From assembly GCA_009777795.1 (NCBI GenBank), contig WRLC01000001.1:61509-125508 (forward strand): a stretch of 64,000 bases of DNA. The letters are read 5' to 3'. Positions within the stretch are counted from its first letter, which is position 1; each line of letters begins with the position of its first letter. Shown piece after piece: positions 1 through 8,692 of this stretch. Position numbers and translations under genes: made by a program. The notes below the pieces were generated by a model. The model was given only the letters and a program-made list of their open reading frames with translations. It was not told the DNA's origin and ran no database searches. The DNA is from Candidatus Saccharimonadota bacterium. GTDB lineage: Bacteria > Patescibacteriota > Saccharimonadia > Saccharimonadales > Saccharimonadaceae.

Positions 1-2991
1 CCAAACGAAGGGGGTGGGACAGGCAAGGGCAGCTCAGAATCTAACCGAGAGCAGTGCGTAAAGGTGTTGACGGACCCTAACGATTGGATGCTGAATGGGA
101 CAACCGAGATAAGGCCTTGTGGTGGGGCGTGGGGGACTTCGGATATTCAAGTGGCGCCAAATGGTTGCGCCGAGTGGAGGCACACCTTGACCAAGGTCGG
201 TGCGGTGGCCTTTCCGGGGCAGGTGAATTTCGAGCAGCGACGGACCGAGGGCAATGATTATAGTGGGCGGCAGTCGGGCAGCCGGACGGGGCTACCGGCA
301 ACCAATCCATTTGCGATACCGCTAGGCAGTACGGGCAGCTTTTCGTACAACGTGCCGGAAGGGCAGCGGATCTGCCAAAACTTGGGCTGGACAGTGCCGG
401 CGGACGCGGAGAAGAACGGCCAGACAGCGCGTTTGTGCGCGACGACGTTAGTAGTTGGCTCGTCGACGGAGTATTTGAGCCGGCTGAGAGCTTGTGCGGT
501 GAAGGTGAGGAGTATCGCGGGCAATACGGTTGAGAATTGTACGCCTTGGGTAGACTTGAATAACACGCCGCAAGAGGCGCCGGTGAACTTTGCCAAGACG
601 CAGGACATGCTCTATTTCCGCTACAATTTGGAAAAGATTGCGCAATACCAAAGCCGCCGAAGTGTGAATTATCGGCCGCTGTCGGTTTTGCAGTCGCTGA
701 ATGACCCGCGGACGATTTGCGCAACCAACCCAACCGAGGCGAAGGATTGTATACCGCTAGGGCCGAATTTGACTTACACGCCGCCAACAACGCCGGGCGG
801 TTCGGGTACGTTGAACCCGAGTTGGCTAGCAACACCGATGGAGCCATGGAACCGGGCAGCGGATAATTGTGTGTTAACGCCGCGGCCGGGCTCTCTAAAG
901 TCAAGCTTTAACTGGACAACCTTGGCGCCTTCAAGTTGTACGAGTACGGAGACTCAATTATCGGGTGGGAGCAACTTTGAATATCGCGGCACTGGGCATA
1001 AGGTAGTGAACGCCGACCTAGGCGTCGTGAAGGCGGATTTGACGCAGAAGATTTCGCTCAAGGATGCCAAGATTGTAGTCCACCAAAATAACGATACGCA
1101 CCAATATAAATACAGGTATAAGAAAAAGAATTCGGGAACTTGCGCGAGCGCTAGCTGGTGCTCGGGCGGGTGTGCATCTTGTACGCCACCGATACCTTGT
1201 AGTCCCGGGTCTTGTAACAGCTACACGGTGAACTATTTCGGAGCGGGGTCGGTATCCGGTACCTCTTGTAGGTATGGCTGTACGGGGGTTGATGGTACTC
1301 AGGATGCGGACGGCACGTTTGATGAGAACCAACATACATGGATTGAGGTGATGCCGGACGGGCCGATTGAGGCGACGGCGAGTTTCGCGGTTCCGTACAA
1401 CTATAATATTGTGCCGCAGCTGAACTTCCTACCGGCGAATGCGCAGAGGATCCAGATTGGTGGTACGAACTTGAGCTTCTCGGCGTCGTTTGCGGTGCAG
1501 CCGCGGACAAATACGGAGCTAAACGAGACCTACGCAACGGCGACTCGGCCGGGCACGAGATGGCAGATTACAGAGTTCTATTTGGCACCGAATGTGTCGA
1601 ACCCAAATTGGGCGGATACGCTTAGTTATAACGGAACGGCGTTGCCTTGCTCGGCTTATAGCGGAGCGGCGTTTGACTGCAATATCACGGGCGGTACTGG
1701 ACAGCTGAACACGCAGAGCGAATCAAGTATCGCAAATTTGCAGGGGGGGTCAACGTTTAGCGTGGGTTTGACGAGCCGGGTGGTCAAGGACTTGGAGATC
1801 GGGACGAAATTCTGCGTTAGCGCGGCGGTGATGGACGACAGCAGCCATACGAGCGGTGCTACGGGCTATGTCAGTGGTAATGGCTACACCGATACAATGC
1901 GGGGCGAGTGGAAGATGACCAAGCCAGAGTGCGTGGTGGTCGGCAAAATGCCAATGGCGAATGTGATAGCGGGCGGTTTGTACAGCGACGGGATGATTGA
2001 GGGAGCGATTTTTGAAAAACAGCCGCAACCGCAGACCGGCATCACCAACTCGACTAGCCCTTGCCCGGTAGGGACGGGCAGTATGTGCGCGTTTGGCTCG
2101 TGGGGCGAGTACGAGGTAGTGTCGAACAGCGCGGTTTACACCTTTGCTTCGGGCGCGGCGCTGGGCGTGGGCGCGGGTGGTGTGCCGTTTGGCCTAACTA
2201 CCGCTACAACCTTGCTTTCAGGCAATCTAATGACCGGCTCCTGCCAGATTGCGCTCTTGACCTTTGCCAACTCCGGCTGCTCGCCGACCAGCACGACGGC
2301 GCCGCTGGGCAATATGGGTGGGGCGGACACTGCACATGGCATGGCGCGAAATATCCGCCATCGCTACTCGAACTACAACGACAGCTACACTGCCGCCGAG
2401 CGCGCAGCAAGGGGCATTCAAGTTGTGGACGGCTTTGGTGGCGGGTCGATTAGCAACTATAACCAGAGGATGAACTACCTAAAGTCGAGCGGTAGTATTA
2501 CGATTGAGGCCAGCACGATCCAGCCCGGCAGGACGGTAGTTATCGATACGCCGGGTACGGTGACGATTAATGGCAATATTACGTTAAGCAATGGGCCATA
2601 CACCGATATCTCGCAGATTCCGCAAGTGTTGATTTTCGCGGGGAGCATCAATATTAACTCCAATGTGAGCCAAGTTGATGCGTGGCTGCTGGCAGGGCTA
2701 AATGGCGGTAGCGGGTCGATTAATACCTGTGCCGGTGCGTCAGGGGTGTCCAGCGTGGCGGCTTTGGACGGCAGCAAGTGTACGACGCGTCTGGCGGTGA
2801 ACGGGCCGGTGATGGCCAGCCGAGTGGCATTACACCGCACACATGGGGCAGGAATCGGTATGCCAGCGTCAGCGCGCCCGGCGGAAGTCTTCTACCTCTC
2901 GCCGGCAACATACCTATGGGCCTATAACCAATCATCGAACCTAAGTCAAGCGTACTTGACTTACGCACGAGAAGTGGCACCTAGGTTTTAG
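1..2991 (+). CDS. Large secreted/cell-surface protein, 5' end outside window
   Basis: Frame 1 has no stop from nt 1 to TAG 2989-2991; the track ORF 64..2991 starts at an internal GTG. The protein is T/S/G/N-rich with a Cys cluster CASASWCSGGCASCTPPIPCSPGSC. C-terminal repeats ITIEAS / VTINGNITLSN / ININSNVS look beta-helix-like. No family recognised by eye. Confidence 0.5.
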   Translation, partial: PNEGGGTGKGSSESNREQCVKVLTDPNDWMLNGTTEIRPCGGAWGTSDIQVAPNGCAEWRHTLTKVGAVAFPGQVNFEQRRTEGNDYSGRQSGSRTGLPATNPFAIPLGSTGSFSYNVPEGQRICQNLGWTVPADAEKNGQTARLCATTLVVGSSTEYLSRLRACAVKVRSIAGNTVENCTPWVDLNNTPQEAPVNFAKTQDMLYFRYNLEKIAQYQSRRSVNYRPLSVLQSLNDPRTICATNPTEAKDCIPLGPNLTYTPPTTPGGSGTLNPSWLATPMEPWNRAADNCVLTPRPGSLKSSFNWTTLAPSSCTSTETQLSGGSNFEYRGTGHKVVNADLGVVKADLTQKISLKDAKIVVHQNNDTHQYKYRYKKKNSGTCASASWCSGGCASCTPPIPCSPGSCNSYTVNYFGAGSVSGTSCRYGCTGVDGTQDADGTFDENQHTWIEVMPDGPIEATASFAVPYNYNIVPQLNFLPANAQRIQIGGTNLSFSASFAVQPRTNTELNETYATATRPGTRWQITEFYLAPNVSNPNWADTLSYNGTALPCSAYSGAAFDCNITGGTGQLNTQSESSIANLQGGSTFSVGLTSRVVKDLEIGTKFCVSAAVMDDSSHTSGATGYVSGNGYTDTMRGEWKMTKPECVVVGKMPMANVIAGGLYSDGMIEGAIFEKQPQPQTGITNSTSPCPVGTGSMCAFGSWGEYEVVSNSAVYTFASGAALGVGAGGVPFGLTTATTLLSGNLMTGSCQIALLTFANSGCSPTSTTAPLGNMGGADTAHGMARNIRHRYSNYNDSYTAAERAARGIQVVDGFGGGSISNYNQRMNYLKSSGSITIEASTIQPGRTVVIDTPGTVTINGNITLSNGPYTDISQIPQVLIFAGSININSNVSQVDAWLLAGLNGGSGSINTCAGASGVSSVAALDGSKCTTRLAVNGPVMASRVALHRTHGAGIGMPASARPAEVFYLSPATYLWAYNQSSNLSQAYLTYAREVAPRF

Positions 2992-3630
2992 ATGAAGAAG
3001 GTGGGAAAAGAGTGTTTGCGGGTAGTGTTTTATTTTCTGGCGTTTGGGATTTTGGGGTTTGTGGTGGAGACTTTGACGATTCGGTTGACGACGGGCACAT
3101 GGATGGCGCGAGGGTATTGGTTTACACCCGGTCATTATCCATTGGCAGGTTTTAAGTACATTGGGATGCCTTTGATACCGCTCTATGGGTTTGGCGGGCT
3201 GCTGGCGGTCTATGCGGTGAGGCCGCTTCGGAAACACCCAATCTTAGTATTCTTGGTCGGGATGGTGGCTTTGACGGCGCTAGAGTTTGTGGTGGGGTAT
3301 TTGCTGCTAGAGGTAGACAATGTGCGGCTGTGGTCGTATCCGCCGGGACTGGCTTATGCTTGGGGGATACTAGATGTATGGACGACGGTGGCTTGGGGAG
3401 CGCTAGCGGTGGGGTTGGTTTATATAGTTATACCGCCGCTTGAGAAATTATTTAGCCGCTTAGTTAAGCGGCGTTGGGCGCAGATATTGCTAATTGTGCT
3501 ACTGGTATTGGTGCTACTCTGTTCGTTGCATCGGGATGTGGGATTTTTGGCTGGGGCGCAGGGATTCGAACCCCGGAATGCTGGGACCAGAACCCAGTGC
3601 CTTACCGCTTGGCGACGCCCCAACTCCTAG
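2992..3630 (+). CDS. Integral membrane protein (about 5-6 TM helices), function unknown
   Basis: ATG lies directly after the upstream stop. Hydrophobic helices run throughout (FYFLAFGILGFVV, LVFLVGMVALTALEFVVGYLLL, ILLIVLLVLVLLC). The last ~28 codons are antisense to tRNA-Gln. Confidence 0.5.
   Translation: MKKVGKECLRVVFYFLAFGILGFVVETLTIRLTTGTWMARGYWFTPGHYPLAGFKYIGMPLIPLYGFGGLLAVYAVRPLRKHPILVFLVGMVALTALEFVVGYLLLEVDNVRLWSYPPGLAYAWGILDVWTTVAWGALAVGLVYIVIPPLEKLFSRLVKRRWAQILLIVLLVLVLLCSLHRDVGFLAGAQGFEPRNAGTRTQCLTAWRRPNS
3548..3622 (-). tRNA. tRNA-Gln (anticodon CTG), CCA encoded
   Basis: Reverse complement reads TGGGGCGTCGCCAAGCGGTAAGGCACTGGGTTCTGGTCCCAGCATTCCGGGGTTCGAATCCCTGCGCCCCAGCCA. Cloverleaf has acceptor TGGGGCG/CGCCCCA and anticodon loop TTCTGGT. 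Closely resembles bacterial tRNA-Gln. Confidence 0.9.
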
Positions 3631-3651
3631 ACATTAGTATAGCAAAAATAC

Positions 3652-3680
3652 TTGTAAATTACAAGTAATTAAGGTATGAT
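3652..3680 (+). promoter_or_regulatory. Candidate sigma70-type promoter for rpmF-nusB operon, overlapped by a 19-bp palindrome
   Basis: TTGTAA (3652-3657), 17-nt spacer, TATGAT (3675-3680). The palindrome TACTTGTAA-A-TTACAAGTA spans 3649-3667. Confidence 0.3.
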
Positions 3681-3703
3681 AGAGACAAGTATAAAGGAGC
3701 AGT

Positions 3704-3877
3704 ATGCCAGAACCAAAAAAACAAAGTAGCCCGAGAAAGACGGGCTTGAGAAGGAGCCATCTGCGGTTGGACCTCGCTAAGAAGGTGAACTCGAAATCAC
3801 CAGTCAAGGCGTTTCAAACGAAAAAGCAGACACCAAACTTAAAGTGTGCGGTGCCAAGCAAGAAAAAGGGAAAATAG
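3704..3877 (+). CDS. rpmF: 50S ribosomal protein L32 (57 aa, below ORF-track cutoff)
   Basis: AAAGGAG Shine-Dalgarno (SD) precedes ATG 3704. Product is MPEPKKQSSPRKTGLRRSHLRLDLAKKV...; the N-terminal basic PKK..S....RRSH.L pattern is typical of L32. Confidence 0.55.
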   Translation: MPEPKKQSSPRKTGLRRSHLRLDLAKKVNSKSPVKAFQTKKQTPNLKCAVPSKKKGK

Positions 3878-3886
3878 GAGATATAG

Positions 3887-4411
3887 GTGGGTAGTAATCG
3901 ACACCTAGGAAGAATAATCGCTCTCCAAACGTTGTACGAGTACGACATGCGGACACAAGCGAAGGATCCATTGGCGACGATGGATGGGATTATGATGAAA
4001 AACATGATCCCCTATGACGCGGGAGTGAAAGACCGGCCATTTATCCGTGAGCTGGTTGAGGGCGTGGAGCAAAATATGGATAAAATCAACGAGATTTTGA
4101 CGCCACTGGCGCCAGAACGGCCGATAAAAGAGCTTTCGGCGATTGACCGGGCGGTTCTGCAGCTGGCGACCTATGAGGTGCTTTGGCGACAGGCACAAGT
4201 GCCGGCCAGTGTGGCGATTAACGAGGCGGTAGAGCTGGCGAAGACCTTCGGCGGCGACAACAGTGGCAAATTTATTAATGGCGTGCTCGGTGCAGTCTGG
4301 CGAACGCATGTAGAGGAGAAGGATGAAGGAAAAGATACCAAACAGGACAATGATAAGCCGAGTCGTGCGCGAGCCGACGGCGGGGGCGGTGATAGTACGA
4401 AAGGGCCATGA
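3887..4411 (+). CDS. nusB: Transcription antitermination factor NusB
   Basis: GTG start after AGGAG. Contains [12 protein letters not shown] and [16 protein letters not shown]...[27 protein letters not shown], typical NusB helices. Carries a C-terminal charged tail. Confidence 0.85.
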   Translation: MGSNRHLGRIIALQTLYEYDMRTQAKDPLATMDGIMMKNMIPYDAGVKDRPFIRELVEGVEQNMDKINEILTPLAPERPIKELSAIDRAVLQLATYEVLWRQAQVPASVAINEAVELAKTFGGDNSGKFINGVLGAVWRTHVEEKDEGKDTKQDNDKPSRARADGGGGDSTKGP

Positions 4412-4781
4412 TTTTGGCCTGCAGGTTTTATTAATCCAAGACGCAAAGGACCGCTGGACTATCCCAAAGGGTCATATCGAGGATGGCGAAGACGCCAAGG
4501 CGACGGCAATCCGGGAGATTGGCGAGGAAACCGGCCTGACCAATGTCAGGGTGCTAGGTTATATGGGGCAGGTGGATTTCAAATTCCAGCGCGATGATGC
4601 GCTAGTGTTGATGACAACTCAGGTTTATTTGATGGAGGCTGTGGGAGACGAAGATGTGCAGAAAGAGGAGTGGATGAACGGCATCCATTGGTTTGACTTG
4701 AAAGATGCGCTAGAAATGGTAGAATATGATGATGTGCGGAAGCTGATTGACGAAGCGCAGGAGAAAGTGAGGGGAAAATGA
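4350..4781 (+). CDS. NUDIX hydrolase
   Basis: Nudix box [23 protein letters not shown] (GX5EX7REUXEEXGU). The track ORF starts at 4323 inside nusB; ATG 4350 is also possible and the start is uncertain. Confidence 0.8.
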   Translation: MISRVVREPTAGAVIVRKGHDFGLQVLLIQDAKDRWTIPKGHIEDGEDAKATAIREIGEETGLTNVRVLGYMGQVDFKFQRDDALVLMTTQVYLMEAVGDEDVQKEEWMNGIHWFDLKDALEMVEYDDVRKLIDEAQEKVRGK

Positions 4782-5506
4782 AATCAATAAGTAAAGAAAC
4801 AGAAGAACGATATGAGGCTTTTGCAGCGGAGCGAATCGGCTATAAGTTTAATGACTTGGAGTTGTTGATAACGGCGATGACCCATCGCAGCTATGTGAAC
4901 GAACACCGGTCGAGCACACACCGGCATAATGAACGGTTGGAGTTCTTGGGAGACGCGATTCTCGAGATGGCGATTACAGACTATCTATTTAAGAACACTT
5001 CGGACGCCGAAGGTAAACTAACGGCTTACCGGGCGGCGCTGGTGAAGACGGACTCGATTGCTGACGCTGGGGCGAAATTAGGTTTTGCGGAATACTTGCG
5101 GGTGAGCAAGGGTGAGCGGCAAAATAATGGCCCACGGGCTATGAAAGTGTTTGTGGCCGACGCTTTTGAGGCAGTGATTGGCGCGATATACTTGGATGGG
5201 GGCTATGAACCGGCTTCGGACTTTATTTACCGAAATATCGTGCCAAAATACGAAAAGATTATGGAACAGGGCAGTTGGTACGATCCAAAATCGCATTTGC
5301 AGGAGTGGGCGCAGGGGGAGTTAGGACAACAGCCGAAGTATCGGGTGCTGGACGAGAGTGGGCCAGATCACGATAAGTGGTTTCGGGTTGAGGCCAAGGT
5401 GAATAATAAGCGGGCAGGCGTAGGTGAGGCGTCAAGCAAGCAGGAAGCAGAGCGTCAAGCCGCGAAAGCAGCATTGCGAGCATTAAAGGTGGACAAGAAT
5501 AATTAG
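4778..5506 (+). CDS. rnc: Ribonuclease III
   Basis: RNase III signature ERLEFLGDAILE plus a C-terminal dsRBD (KSHLQEWAQ...FRVEAKV..GEASSKQEAERQAAKAAL). ATGA overlap with the upstream gene. Confidence 0.9.
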   Translation: MKSISKETEERYEAFAAERIGYKFNDLELLITAMTHRSYVNEHRSSTHRHNERLEFLGDAILEMAITDYLFKNTSDAEGKLTAYRAALVKTDSIADAGAKLGFAEYLRVSKGERQNNGPRAMKVFVADAFEAVIGAIYLDGGYEPASDFIYRNIVPKYEKIMEQGSWYDPKSHLQEWAQGELGQQPKYRVLDESGPDHDKWFRVEAKVNNKRAGVGEASSKQEAERQAAKAALRALKVDKNN

Positions 5507-5919
5507 TTGTCGCTGATTCTGACAATGTTCCAGTAGATGACATCGCCGTTTTTGGTGTCGATTTGGTCGGCTGGGCGGTCAGTAATGCGTTCGCCGTTGA
5601 GCCAGATGGCCCACTCGAAGCCGGAAGCGGCCTCTGTGCCTTCAATAATCGAGACAACGGTGCCGAAATCATGCAATTCGTTAAGACCAACTTGGTAGTC
5701 GCGGGTGAGAATCTGAAGCGCGTTCTCGCCGTCGCCACCGAAGTAGCGGGCATAGGCGCCTTGCCAAGCGACGCGTTTATTGGCCTCGTGTTGGGCCTTG
5801 CCGGCGACAATTATGACACCTGTGACGACCACACATAAGAGCACTACGCATGCGATGCAAGTGGTGATAATACTTTGTCTATTTTCGACTTTCTCTTTTT
5901 GGCTATTTTTCTTTGCCAT
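5503..5919 (-). CDS. Membrane-anchored DUF4430-like protein
   Basis: AAGGAG SD precedes ATG at 5919; the track start 5937 is less likely. One N-terminal TM helix. The C-terminal FEWAIWLNGERI...GDVIYWNI resembles DUF4430 (transcobalamin-like fold). Confidence 0.45.
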   Translation of the reverse strand: MAKKNSQKEKVENRQSIITTCIACVVLLCVVVTGVIIVAGKAQHEANKRVAWQGAYARYFGGDGENALQILTRDYQVGLNELHDFGTVVSIIEGTEAASGFEWAIWLNGERITDRPADQIDTKNGDVIYWNIVRISDN

Positions 5920-5981
5920 AATATACTCCTTTTGCATACATTATAGCATAAGCGTTTTGTAGGTCAAGTCTAAACTTGGGC

Positions 5982-6010
5982 TTGTCGCCACACCTTACAT
6001 GTGGTAGTAT
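5982..6010 (+). promoter_or_regulatory. secA promoter (-35 plus extended -10), almost leaderless
   Basis: TTGTCG (5982-5987), 17 nt, then TGgTAGTAT (6002-6010). ATG at 6020 with no SD. Confidence 0.4.
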
Positions 6011-6019
6011 ATTATATAT

Positions 6020-8689
6020 ATGGGAAAAGAGAATAAACCGAGCGACAAGCTGGCGGACAGAGGGCAGCTGCTGAAGATTTTGGAGCGGGTGTTTGGCGAT
6101 GCGCAGAAAAAGATTATCAAACAGTATCTGAAGGCCGTGGCAGAGGTGAACAGCCTAGAGCCAAAGTATGAGAAAATGACCAAAAAAGAATTGCAGGCGC
6201 AGACAGAGGTGCTCAAAACACGACTGGAGAAGAAAAAGGGCGACTTAAAGGCGATTTTGCCGGACGCTTTTGCGTTGGTGCGGGAGGCGAGCCGGCGAGT
6301 TCTGGGTATGCGGCACTTTGATGTGCAGATTCTGGGCGGCATGGTGCTAAATGACGGCAATATTGCAGAGATGAAGACGGGCGAGGGCAAGACATTGGTG
6401 GCGACGTTGCCACTTTACCTGAACGCTCTCTCGGGTGAGGGTGCGCATTTAGTGACTGTGAACGACTATTTGGTGCAGCGCGACGGTGGTTGGATGGGCG
6501 AGCTATATAACTTCTTGGGCTTGAGTGTGGGGGTGATTATTCAGGATTCGAGCTTTATTTACGATCCGAAATATGAAAACGAAACCCACACTGACCCGCG
6601 GATGAAGCACCTGAAGCCGGCGACTAGGCGAGAAGCTTATGAGGCTGACTTGACTTATGCGACAAATAATGAGCTGGGCTTTGACTACTTGCGAGATAAT
6701 ATGGTGAAGGATGCGAGGATGTTGCGTCAGCGCGGGCTGAATTTTGCGATTGTGGATGAGGCGGACAGTATTTTGATTGACGAGGCGAGGACACCGCTGA
6801 TTATTTCGGCACCGGCGGCGGAAAATCCGGCGGCTTACTATGAGTTCGCGAAGATTATTAAGAAAATCGGCGACGAAGACTTTATTCTGGACGAAAAACG
6901 GCGCAGCGTGACTTTGACCGACAGCGGAATTGAAAAAATTGAGCGAGCGCTGGGTTTGAAGGAACTTTACTCGGCGAGTAATGTACGGGCAATTTACCAT
7001 GTGGACCAAGCTTTAAGGGCGGAGAAGCTGTTTCGGCGCGACAAAGACTATGTGGTGACTAACGACGGCGAGGTGATTATTGTTGACGAGCATACCGGGC
7101 GTTTGATGCACGGGCGGCGCTATTCGGAGGGCTTGCACCAAGCGATTGAGGCGAAAGAGTTGGTGGCGGTGCAGCAGGAGTCGATGACGCTGGCGACAAT
7201 TTCGTTCCAGAACTTCTTTAGATTGTATAAAAAATTGTCGGGAATGACGGGTACGGCGTTTACCGAGGCAGAGGAGTTCCAGCAGATTTACGGTTTGGGC
7301 GTGGTGCAGATTCCGCCGAACAAGCCGTTGGTGCGGCTAGACTTGGATGATTTGATTTACCGGACGGAAAGTGCGAAGTTTGACGCGATTGTCGAAGAGG
7401 TGAAGAAGTATCACAAGGCCGGGCGGCCGGTGTTGATTGGCTCGGCGTCGATTGTGAAGAATGAGTTGTTGGCAAATCGGCTGGACAAAGCGGGGCTGAA
7501 GTTCGAGCTTTTGAACGCGAAAAATAACGAACGCGAGGCAGATATTGTGGCGCGGGCGGGAGAAAAAGGCGCGATTACGCTGGCGACAAATATGGCGGGC
7601 CGTGGTACCGACATTAAGCTGGGTGAGGGGATTGCCGAGATGGGGGGCTTGGTGGTGATTGGGTCAGAGCGGCATGAGAGCCGGCGAATTGACAACCAGC
7701 TACGCGGTCGCGGTGGTCGGCAGGGCGACAAGGGTACGACGCAGTTCTTTGTCTCGACGGAAGATGATTTGATGCGAATCTTCCAAGGCGAACGGCTGGG
7801 GTCGATGTTGTCGCGACTGGGAGTTTCAGACGACCAGCCGATTCAGGCGAAGATGATTTCACGGAGTTTGGAGGGCGCGCAGAAGCGGGTGGAGGGCTTC
7901 CACTTTGATTCGCGAAAGAATGTGGTGCAATATGACAATGTGATTGCCCGGCATCGCAACAAAGTCTATGCGATACGGCGGCAGATTTTGGAGGGCGCGG
8001 ACCTGCGGAAAGATATTGAGAAATTGATGCGCGAGGCGGTAGACGAGTTAACGTTGGTGCCGGCGCGCTATAACAAGAAGTTTGCCGAGAACTTCCAGTC
8101 GGTGTTCTTTGGCGCGGACGAGGTGGAGGTCGGGCGAATTGGTAAGATTAAGAAGGAAGCGGAGCGGCAAAAGGCGGCGCGCGAATATATCATGACGCTG
8201 TACGATGCGCAAGAGAAGAAGATTGCGCCGGATCTACTAAGGCGGATTGAGCGGGAAGTTTATCTGAGTTTGCTCGACACGCTTTGGATGCAGCATTTGG
8301 AAAATATGCAGCATTTGCGTGAGGGGATTCACTGGCGAAGTGTGGGGCAGCGCGATCCACTCGTAGAATATCGAAGCGAGAGCCAGAAGTTATTTGAGGA
8401 TTTGGAGCGGACGCTGCGCGAGACGGTGATTAAATTGGTGTTGTCGGCGGAGATTCAGGACGCGCCAGCGAGCGAGAATGAATATCAGTCGGAATTGACC
8501 CGGATGGCGGCAGGGCAGGAAAAGGGCGTGCATGAAGTGATGAGTGCGAAGAAGTTAAAATCGGATGACTTCGGTGGCGAGAAGCCAAAGGCGAAAAAAC
8601 CAGCGGCTGGCGCGAAATCGGGCGGCAAGACAAAGGCAAAAAGCAGCCGCAATAAGCAGAAGAAGACATCGGGTAAGCGAAAAAGGTGA
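6020..8689 (+). CDS. secA: Preprotein translocase ATPase SecA
   Basis: 889 aa. Contains MKTGEGKTLVATLP Walker A, DEADSILIDEARTPLIIS DEAD motif and TNMAGRGTDIKLG. The C-terminal tail is Lys-rich without the usual Cys zinc finger. Confidence 0.95.
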   Translation: MGKENKPSDKLADRGQLLKILERVFGDAQKKIIKQYLKAVAEVNSLEPKYEKMTKKELQAQTEVLKTRLEKKKGDLKAILPDAFALVREASRRVLGMRHFDVQILGGMVLNDGNIAEMKTGEGKTLVATLPLYLNALSGEGAHLVTVNDYLVQRDGGWMGELYNFLGLSVGVIIQDSSFIYDPKYENETHTDPRMKHLKPATRREAYEADLTYATNNELGFDYLRDNMVKDARMLRQRGLNFAIVDEADSILIDEARTPLIISAPAAENPAAYYEFAKIIKKIGDEDFILDEKRRSVTLTDSGIEKIERALGLKELYSASNVRAIYHVDQALRAEKLFRRDKDYVVTNDGEVIIVDEHTGRLMHGRRYSEGLHQAIEAKELVAVQQESMTLATISFQNFFRLYKKLSGMTGTAFTEAEEFQQIYGLGVVQIPPNKPLVRLDLDDLIYRTESAKFDAIVEEVKKYHKAGRPVLIGSASIVKNELLANRLDKAGLKFELLNAKNNEREADIVARAGEKGAITLATNMAGRGTDIKLGEGIAEMGGLVVIGSERHESRRIDNQLRGRGGRQGDKGTTQFFVSTEDDLMRIFQGERLGSMLSRLGVSDDQPIQAKMISRSLEGAQKRVEGFHFDSRKNVVQYDNVIARHRNKVYAIRRQILEGADLRKDIEKLMREAVDELTLVPARYNKKFAENFQSVFFGADEVEVGRIGKIKKEAERQKAAREYIMTLYDAQEKKIAPDLLRRIEREVYLSLLDTLWMQHLENMQHLREGIHWRSVGQRDPLVEYRSESQKLFEDLERTLRETVIKLVLSAEIQDAPASENEYQSELTRMAAGQEKGVHEVMSAKKLKSDDFGGEKPKAKKPAAGAKSGGKTKAKSSRNKQKKTSGKRKR

Positions 8690-8692
8690 TAG

